Shown piece by piece: positions 1 to 11,262 of a DNA stretch of 64,000 nt. The stretch's first letter is position 1, and each line of letters begins with the position of its first letter. Below the pieces are notes generated by a model. The model saw nothing but the letters and a program-made list of their open reading frames with translations, searched no databases and was not told the DNA's origin. Origin of the DNA: Monocercomonoides exilis PA203 (lineage: Eukaryota; Protista; Preaxostyla); contig LSRY02000003.1 of the NCBI GenBank assembly GCA_001643675.2, forward strand, positions 620,001 to 684,000. Direction: 5' to 3'. Both the position numbers and the translations under genes were made by a program.

Positions 1-2
1 CC

Positions 3-3000
3 GCCCAACACTGTGTCTTCGCGTTCCGTGTGCTGATCCACCTGACGTGTGTGTTTGAGATGGAGATGGAGAGAGACGCGCTGGTGGCTGCGCTGACTGC
101 AGCGTCGTGTGTGTCTTCCACAAACAACAGGAGAATCATGGCACACAAACACCTCCTCATCATCAGACAGTGCCTTGCGCTGGCGATGCCGAACAAGACG
201 AATTCGATTGCGCTTTTTGCACAAGGGAATGAGAAGGAGAATGTGGAAAGAGGAAGAAGCGGAGAAAGAGACAGAGAAAGAGTTAACGCACCGATGAGGA
301 AGAGGGCGAAGAAGACAACAGCAGAAAGATTGAAGGAGATGCCAGGTGATGGCGAGCTGCTGAGATCAAGCTGGAACCACATCCTGCTCCTCACCTCGAA
401 CCTGCACCGACTCCATCTTCTGTCTGATGGAATGACAGCTGCTGAGCTGGAGGCTGCATTCGACGGCGATGTTGGCATGCTCTCTTCGACTTCAACAGCG
501 CGCCCTGTGCCAATGAATGCGTATTCTCGCTCGATTTCTCCATCTCCTTCTCCTTCGCCTTCTCAATCTCCTTCGATGGCATTGTCGATGGCGTCACCTC
601 CTCGTTCGATCGAATCTTCACCTTCGTTCGGATCATCATCATCATTATCTTCCTCTTCTTCCTCTTCCTCCATTTCCTCTGCTTCATCCAACACACCCTC
701 ACCTTCTTCTTCCTCTTCCTCTTCCTCTGCCCACATCCCGTCTTCCACCTCTTCCCAGTTCCGGCGCGACCGCATCGCCCTTCGCAACTCCATTTTCCTG
801 TTCAGACAGTCTGGTTTTGACATGGAAGAAGTCGAAGAAGTCTTTCGTTCTTCTCCTCATCTTTCCCCACGTGCATTGGAAGACATGCTAAAGAGCTTGT
901 GTTGGCTGTCCATGGAAGACATGAATCAGCAGAAGCGGAGCTACAGAGAAGAGAAAGAGAGGGGTGGGGAATATGGGAGTGGAAGCGGTTCTTCTTCTTC
1001 TTCTTCTTCTTCAATTTATCGCTCCCGCCTCTTCTCCCTTCGCGAGATGCAGATCATCTGTGCGGACAACGTTTGGCGTGAGCTGTCTGTGTGGGACAAG
1101 ATATTTCCTGCGTTGTCCACACATTGTGTGAACATCGCCACCAACAGCGAGAACGAGAACATGGCGTCTCTGGCAGTGGTGATTCTGAGGCAGATTGTGT
1201 TTGCGCTCTTTTCGCGGAATGATTTGGGCAGGACGCCGCTGATTCCGCCGTTTGATGCAGAGGAAGGGAGGCTGGGTGAGGTGGTGGATGGAGGGAAGGA
1301 AGGGAAGGAAGGGGGAAGAGGAGGAGAAGGAAAGAGAGAAGCTAAAGAGAAAGAAGAGGAAGAGGAAGAGAATAAAAATGAAGCAGAGGTTGATTCAACC
1401 AAAGAGCAAAGTAATATTCCACAGCAGATGGTGATTGAGATAGGAGAGAAGCCAAAAGAAGGAGACCTCTCAAATTCTGTCTTGTCACAGCAGAAAGCAC
1501 AGCAAAATGCAAAAATTGCTCAAACGGCAACTTCTTCTTCTTCTTCTTCTAATTTATCATCATCATCATCTTCTTCTTCTTCCTCTCCTTCTTCCTCAAC
1601 CACTTCTTCTTCATCTTCCTTCCACTCCACATACAACAGACACCAAGTATATCTACGTCCCTTCGAACAGATCTGCACTTTCATCCACACACACATCTCT
1701 TCTTCTTTCTCCATCAGAAATTCTCTTCCTTCTCCTCAATCAACAACAACAACATCATCATCATCTTCTTCTTCCTCTTCTTCTCCTCTCCATCTCTCTC
1801 TCACCATCCGCTCTCTCGTCATTGAATGCCTTTCCCAGCTCGTTTCCCTCTGTGGGCCGCGCCTCTGCAGCGGCTGGAAGATTCTCTTCTCCTGTTTAGA
1901 AGACATCTCCCGTGAGTGGAAGTATCGAGGCATCAAACTGGTGCATTTGCTGCCGCAGCTGGCGCATCTGCAGGCGAAGAGGGAGAAGATGGCGAGGCAG
2001 ATGGCTGCACAGGCAACGAGCGGAGGAGAATATGGAGGAAGTATTGGAGGAGGAGGAGCATCAGCAGTTGGGATGGGAGGAAGCCAAGGAAGCGGAGGAA
2101 TGAATCAAGGGTTAGCAGGAAACAACAACAACAGCATCACCAACAATGGAATAGGAAGTGGTGGCAGTGGTTACTCAGGTTATTCCAGCAATCCACATCC
2201 CAATATGAACAGAGGATTCATCAGCCCCCAGCAGATCCGTGCGTGGGAGCAGCAGGTTCACACACACACTTTGCCCATGCTCTCATCCTCTGCTGCTGTT
2301 GACACATTGCTTGCGCCTTCATTCTCTTTGCTGTCTGCCCTTGTGAATGAATCGCTGCCTCTGTTTGCTCCGTTTGGCGCGATGGGTGAATGCGTTGCAG
2401 CGCTTGTCTCGTTTGCTTCGATCGGAAAAGAAGAGAAGAGAATCCATTCTTCTCTCGCACCACACCCGTTCTCTTCGCCTTCGTCTTCGTTTTCGTCGTC
2501 GTCACGTGTCATCACACGGCCAAGTGTTGATTTTTCAGCATCGAATGCTCCTGCTTTGCTGGCTTCATCCAATGCGAACTTAACAAATTTGAGTAATTCT
2601 TCTTCTTCTTCATCTTCATCTTCTGTTAATTCATTGAGCTATTCAGCTGACTGCTTCTTCACACCAGCTGATCTGCAGAGAGTGAGGCTGATGTCTATAA
2701 CGGCTGTGTCGCTTCTGGAGCTGATGGCGAACAGGTTTGCAGGGAGGGTTCCTATGCCACTGGGAAGGAAAGAAGATGAGGAAGATGAGGAAGAGGAGGA
2801 AGATGTGAAGGAGAAGGAAGAAGAGGAAGAGGAAGAGGAAGAAGAAAGCGAGGAAGAAGAAGAAGAAGAGGAGGAGGAAAATGAAGAAGAGAAAGAAAGA
2901 GCTAATATTGTTCCTCAAGCCATTTCAACAGAAGATGGACAAGCAGTCAAAAATGGAATAGGAAGTGCTGAAGAAGAAGAAGAAAGATTGTTTGAAGAAG

Positions 3001-6000
3001 GAGAAGGAGAAGGAGAAGGAGAAGAGGAGGAAGATTTGACACTTAACACACATGGAACATCAAAAGCCCCTTCTTCTTCATCTTCTTCATCTTCTTCTGG
3101 TTCGAATGCTGCAACATCACCATTGTCTCAATCAACAGCAAACCAAGTGAAAGGCAATGCAAAAGTTTCATCACAATCTTCTTCTTCTTCTTCAAAACCA
3201 ACTTCATCATCATCATCTTCTTCTTCCTCTTCTTCTGATCCATCTCGAATGCTCATTGTCCACACAGATGCTGCTGCCACCATCACCAACGTGAAAAAAG
3301 CGCTGCGAACAAAGAACAGACTGTCTGCATTCTTATTCGGCTTGTTTTTGCCCTTCGACAACACACTCGACAATGAGAAGCAGCAAAATGACAGACAAAA
3401 CACAAATAACTCGAATTACTTAAATATTCCAATAAATTCACCTATACAACAAGACAATATGTCATATTCATCAAAACGCCTCAATCATTTGAGCAGCCAT
3501 CTTCTTCTCAACGAGCAGCAGAGGGAGTCTCTGTCATTGGAGCAGCTTAAGCCAGACACTTGCCACATCGGTAACTTCGACTCAGCCCATCTCCTTTCTC
3601 TCTATCTGCCCATTCTCTTGGGCCTGTCTGAACTCTGCTCTGACTTGGGCACTAACCTCTCCACTTTGTCTGTTGCAAGGATTGCACTAACACCACAAGC
3701 TTCTCCTTCCAATTCTTCCTCTTCTTCTTCCTTATCCTCATCCTCATCCTCCTCTTCCTCTTCCTCTTCCTCTGCCTTCTCCCACCACTCCACTCTTTCC
3801 ACCAGTGCTTTCCCTTCCATCCAATCTGCCTCCTTTTATTGTCTCTGCGGTTTTGTCGCTGACTGTGGGCGTTTGTTTGCGCCTTCCTTTTTCCCTGTTC
3901 TTTGGAGAGGTGTCTTTCAGTCGATTGTGGATGACTTGAGAATTCGTGTGGGAGCGATGGGAGGCAAAGGGAGAGGAGGAAGTGTGGTGAAAGGGTTTGA
4001 TTTGGGGGAGGTGGGATTGAGTAGTGAAGGAAAGGGGAAAGGGAAAGCAAATGAAAAAGAGAAAGAGAAAGTGAAAGGGAAAAAGAAAGAGAAAGAGAAA
4101 GAGAAGGAGAACGAAAGCGCAGACGAGGAAGAGGCAGCAGAAGCAGAGGTAGTGAATGCAGATGATGAGCCAGAGGAGCTGAGTGAAGGCGTGGATCTGA
4201 GCGAAGAGGCAGTCGAGAAGCAGAACAGGAAAGCATTGAAAGGAACTAACAACAACAATAATAATTCGAATAGCACCAGCAATATCAATACTTCTGACCG
4301 TCCTGCCTTCATTTCCTCTCCTCAAGAATCATCATCCATTGCCTCAAGCAAGCTGTCAATTGAGCTTTTCTCGCGATCCGTTGCTCATTTCCCTCGTTCT
4401 TCCTCTTCTTCTCTCTCCTTCTCTCTCCACCCGCTTCTCCGCCCTCCTACCCCACTCACTTTCCCCTGCACCACCTCCCTCTTCCCTCCCCTTTTATCTC
4501 GCTCCATCACCTCCCGCTCAGAATTACTCCGCATTTCCACTTATCCACACGCCGACAACACCCGCATCGGCTTCCGCCTTCCCCTCGCCCCTTCTTCACT
4601 GGACTTGCACTGGATGAAGAACGTGTTTATCCCTGTGTTCCGTGCATTGTCTGTCATTTATGCACAACACTTTGATTTCTTGTCGTATCCAGCTGTTTCT
4701 GACAACTGCTCAGCAGATGCGAATATTGCTCCAAGATTTGTGAATAAGAAATTGTCGCTTTTGGATAAGCAAATGATTGAAGAAGACGAAGTGGCTAGCA
4801 AATTGGTGGTGCTTCAACAGCCTTCTTCTGTTTCTTCTTCTGTTTCTTCTTCTTCTTCTTCTCTTTCTCTTTCTTCTTCATCGCCTTCCTTCTCATTAAT
4901 CTCCTCCTTCCCCTTCTGCCACGTCGACACATCCATCTTCGACTCCCTTCTCTCTCTCCTTCTCTTCTCCCTCTCCTGCTGCGTGAACAAAGTGAGGTTG
5001 ATCATTGCTCCGATGCTGACTGAGTTCGTGGTGCGTATGGCGTCAGTGAATGTGCGAATGCTTTCAATCAGCACAGCACAGAACATGAAGAAGCAGCAGC
5101 AGTCCATTCAAAAAGTGAGGGATTGGCTGTGGAAAGGGGAGAAAGGGGAGAAAGGGGGAAAGGGAGGGAAGAGGAGAAGGAGAAGGAGGAGAGGAAGAGA
5201 ATTAGGAGGAGAAGAGAAAGAGAAGAACGGAGCAAATGACTTTGTGTTTGGGAAGAATGATGGCTTGCTGAATGAACAGCTGAAAAAGGATAGAAAAGCG
5301 TGGGAGGCTGAAAGAAGAGCAAAGAAGGCATCTTCAAAAGAAGGAGAAGAAGATTATGAAGAAGAAGAAGGAAGAGGAGGAGAAGGAGAAGGAGAAGGAG
5401 TAGCTGGAGATCAATCAAAAGATAAAGCAAACAACAAGAAATCAACAAAAGATGCACAAAAACAAACCGAAGAAGCAGCCAAACAAGACGAAATCAAGTT
5501 TCCTGTAACTCCTCTTAAGCAAATGGAAGTCTTCTCATTCGTCTCTCGTTCCAATGCTTCACTTTCAGAGCTGCCTCGTCTCTTGTCAACAATCCATTTG
5601 ATCACTCTCATCCATCCGAATCATCCACACACCACTTGCACCATTCAAAACCCCCACAAACAGAACAATGAAGACGGAGCTGTTATTAACTCTGCTCTTT
5701 CTTCTTCTTCATCCTCTTCATCATCTTCATCTTCACCCTCTTCTCAACCTTCTTCACCAGAAATTTCATTCCTCCCCACCATTCTGACTGTTAATGCATC
5801 CACTTCTTTGTTCCTCCCCATCTTCTGGGAGAAGATCACTCTTTCTTTCCGCCGCCTTTTCTCTCTTTCTCTTCCCACTCAGCTTTTGTCCTGGGCACGT
5901 GTTGTGTCAACTTCCTCATTGCGCTCTCAGAACTCGCAGTTTTCGCCACATGCAGCATCCATCATTGAGGCTGCGAAGGAGGAAGTCGAAAGAGAATGGT

Positions 6001-7975
6001 CAATGAAGCACAAGAAATGGAGGAAAGAAGCAAGAGACGAGAGGAAGAAAGGAACAATTGTAACTCCAGGTAACTCAACAGGGCTGGATTCAGATGGAAA
6101 GATGGAGTCAGAAGAAGCAAAACAAAGGAGGGAATACGAAGATGATGTGCGGTTTATGAAAGCTCCCTTGCAAATTCCGTCTTCTTCTGTCCTTGTTGGT
6201 CCTAATGTTGATTCAGCTGAGCTGAACAAGGTGAAATTCATTGACGAAAACAACACAGAAATCACACCCGAATTCGTCAATGGTGAAGGAGATGCTTCAT
6301 TGCTGATGCTTCATCATTCCTTCCAGAATAACAACAAAGCCCTCAAAGACTCTCGTTTCCTGCCTCTCATGCGCTTCCAGAGCCAGCCAGTTGTTGCTCC
6401 TCCTCCTCTCTCGATGCCTGTGGTTAATTGGCAATGCCATTTACTTCTATCTCTGTTGGAGTCAGCGCAGACAGTGGCATCTGTGGCAGCAGCACAGGAG
6501 AGGATGAATGGAGAAGCCGTGTGTGGGTGTGTGATTGTGGGGGAGGTGGAAGTGGAAGAGGTGGAAGAGGAGGAGAAGGAGAGAAAGGAGAAGGAGGAGA
6601 AGGAGAAAGAAGTTAAGGAGAAAGAGAAAGAACAGAAGGAAGGAAAAGAAGAGAAAGAGAAAGAGAAAGAAAGCGAAAAATCAGAAAAACCACAGAAAGA
6701 AGCAGAAGTTGAGGTTAAAGCAGAAGCAGAAGCAGAAGCTGTAAAAGAAACAAAGCAAGAAGAGCAAGAGTCAACACAAAAGCCATCACCAATGGAGCAG
6801 AAAGACGGAGCGAATGCAGCAAATGCAGCAACATCACCAAATGAAGGAGAATCCTCAGGAAAAGAAGGAGGAAAGAAGAAGAACAAGAGGAAAGGGAAAG
6901 GACAAAAGGGAAAAGAACAAGCAAAAGATGCATCAGCAAAAAGGGCGAATGAAAAGGAGGCAGAAAAAACTGCTGCTGAAGCTAAAGAGAACACAGCTTC
7001 TTCTCCTCTTCCTCTTTCTCTTCCTCCTCAGCCTCTGGAGAAGAGTGAGAATCAACAAACAAATGAACAGAAGAAGAAGGAAGAGAACAAAGAAGAGAAG
7101 AAAGATAACAACACAACACGTTTTATTTGGCTGAATGATTATCCATCTTATGTGTCTTCATTAGAGACAGAAGAAGAGAAGCAAGCGAGAAGACAAAATG
7201 TGCTTAAGAGGCTGCATTTGAATGAGGAAGAGGAAGAGGAAGAAAGAGAAAGAGAAAGAGAAGGAAAGAAGCAAAAAGGAGAAGAAGATGCACCAACACC
7301 ATTGAATGCTGCATCAACTTCTTTGACTTCTGTTTCATCTCCTTCCACATTATCTTCTTCCTCTTCCTCTTCCTCCTCTTCTTCCATTCCATCTCCACTC
7401 CCCGCCCTTTCTCCCTTCATGCTCCCGTCCCTCCGAATCCTCTCCTGTCTCCGCCGTGTTGTCTCTTTTGTTGAGAGCTTCGAAACAGACACGCAAACAA
7501 AAGTTGTTCTTCAACACACTCTTTTCGGCGGCAAGCTGCCTTCGCTCCACAGCCTGCTGAATTCGTCATTCACTGCAATGATCAATGGAATGTTTGACTT
7601 GAGCATTGGGATTGAGAGAGAGGAAAGAGAAAGGAGTAGAGCGAAAAGGAGAAGAAGCAGAAGAGAAAAGGAGAATAAATTGAAAGGAGATAAAAACAAA
7701 GGAAATGTTAACAATCACAATTTGAGTGAAGAAGAAGAACAGAAAGAATTACAAGCAGATGAATTAGATGCGTTGTATAACCAGAGAAACGAGATTGTTA
7801 AGAGGATGATTGGGAAGAAGAGACTGGAATTTGTTATGAAAGAATATGAAGCCAGCGAAAAAGCAATTGGAAGAGCTGCAAAGGAACTGAAGGATGTGAG
7901 AGTGGTCACAGCTTCTGACACGCTCTATGCAGAAGAGATGGAAAAACTGAAATGTTCTGATTGTTCATCAATTGC

Positions 7976-8008
<33 letters not shown>

Positions 8009-10539
8009 TTCCTCCTCCCTCTCTCCTCTCCCACCGTCCATGTACCTCACACTCCGCCACCCGTCGTCCCGTGTTGTGTTCGATGCGCTTTTGTCTGAGT
8101 GTTTCTCTCTTCTTTCCTTTTCAGCTGTTCTTCTTTCTCTCTCTTTGCGCGCTGACAGCGACGAGACGGCGGCAGATGCGATGCTCTTTGTGAAGAAGGA
8201 GTCGGTTGTACTGAGAGGAGGGCTGAGGATGGAAGAAGAAGAAGAAGAAGAGGAGGAGGAAGAAGAGGAAGAAGAGGAAGAAGAAGAGGAAGAAGAAGGA
8301 AAAGAAGGAGAAAAAGTGATCAACAAAGAGAGCAGAAAAGAGAAAGGAAAATCCAAAACACACAAAAATTCATCTTCTCTTATCTCCAAATATGACAAGC
8401 GTCTGATGCGGATGATTCGGAAGCGACATCTTCGTGAGTGGGAGAAGAAGAGAAGAGAAGAAGCGCTCAGATGCATAGCAGTCAACGGCAAGTCACAGTG
8501 GAGCACAAACTTGGCAGCATCGCCGTTTTCTGCGGTGTCTGCGAATGCGACGGGGATTGCTATTACTTCTTCCTCCTCCTCCTCTTCTTCTGGTTCTTCT
8601 GCTTCTTCTAGTTCTTCTTCTGCAAATGCACAAGCAGTCAACCAACCGCCTTCGTATTCAGCTTCCTCTACGTCTCGACCTTCCACTCCTGCTTCATCAT
8701 TATCATCATCATCATCTTCTTCTGCTTCTTCATCCAATCAACCTCAGCCCCAGCGCGTCTCAATCGTGTCAAAGCCATACAATTCGTCAGCTTCTGCTGA
8801 TGATTCTTCACGTGGCGATAATTCAAGCCATCTTCATTTGAAAGAAGGACATCCACAAACAGGAAGAGAAAGTGAGATGGTTGTGCAGTTCAGGGCAGCT
8901 GAGGCAACAGTTCCGCAGAAGATTCCAGAGACAGAGAAGAACATGAGTGGAGTGGGAATGGGAGTTGGAATGGGAGGAGAAAGAGAAAGAGGGGGAGAAA
9001 GAAGAATAGAGAATCAGATGCAGATGAAGGACGGAACAGAACAGAAGAAAGTGGCATCAGCAGCAGCAGCTAAGCAGATGAATGTGAATGCTGACCACTC
9101 AATGAAGGAGAAAGGGAAAGAGCAAATGAGAGAGAAGAAAGAAGAATGCATTGAAAGAGAAGGAGGAGGAGGAGGAGAAATAGAGAAGAGACAGGAGAAG
9201 TTGAGAGAACAGCAATACAAAGCAGAACAGGAGAGCAAAGTGAAAGGAGCACAGAAACTGCAGGGAATGTCCAAAAACGTAAAGGGAGAGGAAAGAAAAG
9301 GAAAAGCAAAAGGAAGAAGAGAAGGCAAATCAAAAGAGGAAGAAGAGAAAGAGGAGGAGGACACGTCCAGCTATGGATCAGCCGTGAGTGAGGTTGGAAG
9401 TGAGTATGAGGCAGATTCAGAAGCTGAAGCAGAAGCTGATGTAGAAGTCGATGCAGAGATTGAGCTAAGCGACTCGTTTGTGTTTGGCGAAGATCCGTTT
9501 GGCAACAGCGATCTGAGCTGGGTGGATGAGGAGAAAGAAGACGTGCTGAGGCAGAAGAAAGAAGCTGAGATGAGAGTGGAAGAGGCAGAGTGGGCGTGCC
9601 CTGCGCCTGCAGAGGCAGTGGAGCTGCAGATGAGCATGCTACCCAAGAGACAGTTGAATGGGCAATGCCTTTCACATTGTCATCACTCTCACATTCAGTG
9701 TGATAGTCAAAGCACATGTCAAAATACATGTCAAAACAACAGAAATGATTCAGTTGATGGCACTCAGAATGAAATATCTGCTTCTCATTCACCGTTTATC
9801 TCTTTGCCTCCGCTGATCACTCTCTCGTTTGGCTCGTTGATTGGACAGCGCATTTCTCCGCTGCTTGTCTCGCAGCTGTCAGACATGGTTCCTCTTGCTC
9901 ATATTGTTGCATGCGTTCTCCACACGCTGAATAGAATCCCGTTGAATCTGGTTTGATAATATTATTAATTAATTTCTGATATTTATTTCTATTTCTTTTG
10001 TCCTATTCAATTTCAAATTTTATTTATTCTTATGTATTTATTTTCCAAAATTGAAAACGCAAACCGAAAACTGAAACTTTGCTGCCAATTGCAAAAACAA
10101 TCGTTCAATTTAACTTGCTGCAATATTTATTAATTTATTAATTTATTAATTCGTTTATTATTTTATTTTATTTTATTTTATTTTATTTATTTATTTATTT
10201 ATTTCCCTTCCTCAGTTATGCCCCTCCTCTTCTCTGCTCATTCCACTTCTTCAGATCCACTTGAGACACGAAACTTCGACCATTCGCTCTCTTTCTGCTC
10301 TTCTTCTCGACAGACTTCAGCCACCTTCTCTTCAATCTACCCACTCTTCCATTGAAACAGTGGGAAACCCCACTTCTTCTGCTTCTGCTTCTTCTGCTTC
10401 TTCTTCTTCTGGTATTTCTGCTACTTCTGCTACAGTTGCAAATCTTTTGTCTAATTCGATTCTGAGGAGCTCAGAATATGTGCTGGATCTGCCTTTTTCT
10501 CCTGTTCTTTACAAAGATGATCTGGTTATTTCTTCTTAG
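3..10539 (+). CDS. BIG/Sec7-family large Arf guanine-nucleotide exchange factor, C-terminal HDS region, 5'-truncated by the window. Exons 3-9950 and 10216-10539.
   Basis: The frame is open from base 3 (AQHCVFAFRVLIHLTCVFEMEMERDALVAAL). Successive blocks match recalled BIG1/Sec7 HDS motifs in order: DGELLRSSWNHILLLTSNL (cf. DGNYLGNSWHEILKCISQL); FSLREMQIICADN...MASLAVVILRQI (cf. FSLQKIVEISYYN...AIFAVDSLRQL); YLRPFEQI...IRSLVIECLSQLV...SGWKILFS; YLPILLGLSEL...LWRGVFQSIVDDL; WMKNVFIPVFRAL; FWEKITLSFRRLFSLSLPTQLLSW. A phase-0 intron joins the 10261 ORF in frame. The Sec7 catalytic domain lies upstream of the window. Confidence 0.88.
9951..10215 (+). other. Spliceosomal intron (265 nt, GT-AG) containing (TTTA/TTTTA)n
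   Basis: GTTTGA donor at 9951 and a polypyrimidine tract ending TCCTCAG at 10215. Splicing gives the in-frame continuation LCPSSSLLIPLLQIHLRHETSTIRSLSALLLDRL. Confidence 0.85.

Positions 10540-10542
<3 letters not shown>

Positions 10543-10594
<52 letters not shown>
10543..10594. repeat. (GA)26 microsatellite 3 nt after the Arf-GEF stop codon
   Basis: Read directly from the sequence. Confidence 0.97.
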
Positions 10595-10598
<4 letters not shown>

Positions 10599-11262
10599 AA
10601 GAGTTTTTATTTTTTAATTAATTTAATTTTATTTTTTTAAAGCTTAGTCAAATTTCGAATAAAATACGTTCACTGAAAATTTATTTTCTAGGTAATTTTC
10701 ATATTTTGATTTCTTCATATTTTGTCAATTTTTTGAAATGTTCGAGAATGAATTGATTTTTTTTTCTGATTTGCAGAGAAAAAGATAGCTTTATTAACAA
10801 GTATTTAACGGAAAATAAACGTCAGAATTAATTCAAACGAGACTTTTCAACAACTCCAAATTTATCTAACCTTTTAACTGAAAAAGGATTTGTTTGGATA
10901 TAATAAATGTTCGACTTGAAACAAACATTTCATGACATATTTTGTAATTGGGAAAAAGATGATAATAACAGCGTTATAATAATAACAGTATTAACCAAAT
11001 TTAAATTATTGTGTGAAAATCATATCGAAATCAAAAAAAAAAATAATTCTTAAAAAATTGGGAATATTATTATTCGAAAAAAATGAATCTTTTATGAAAA
11101 ATAAAATATGTTTCTGTATCTTTTCCTTCCTTCTATTAAACAAAACCTCAGAAAGTGATTCTTGATGATGGCACACATAGTTTTATAAAAAACAAATTTC
11201 GAAATAACTTCAAAGCCATAATAAAATGAAAATCTTGCCTGATCATAGCCTTAATTTATTAG

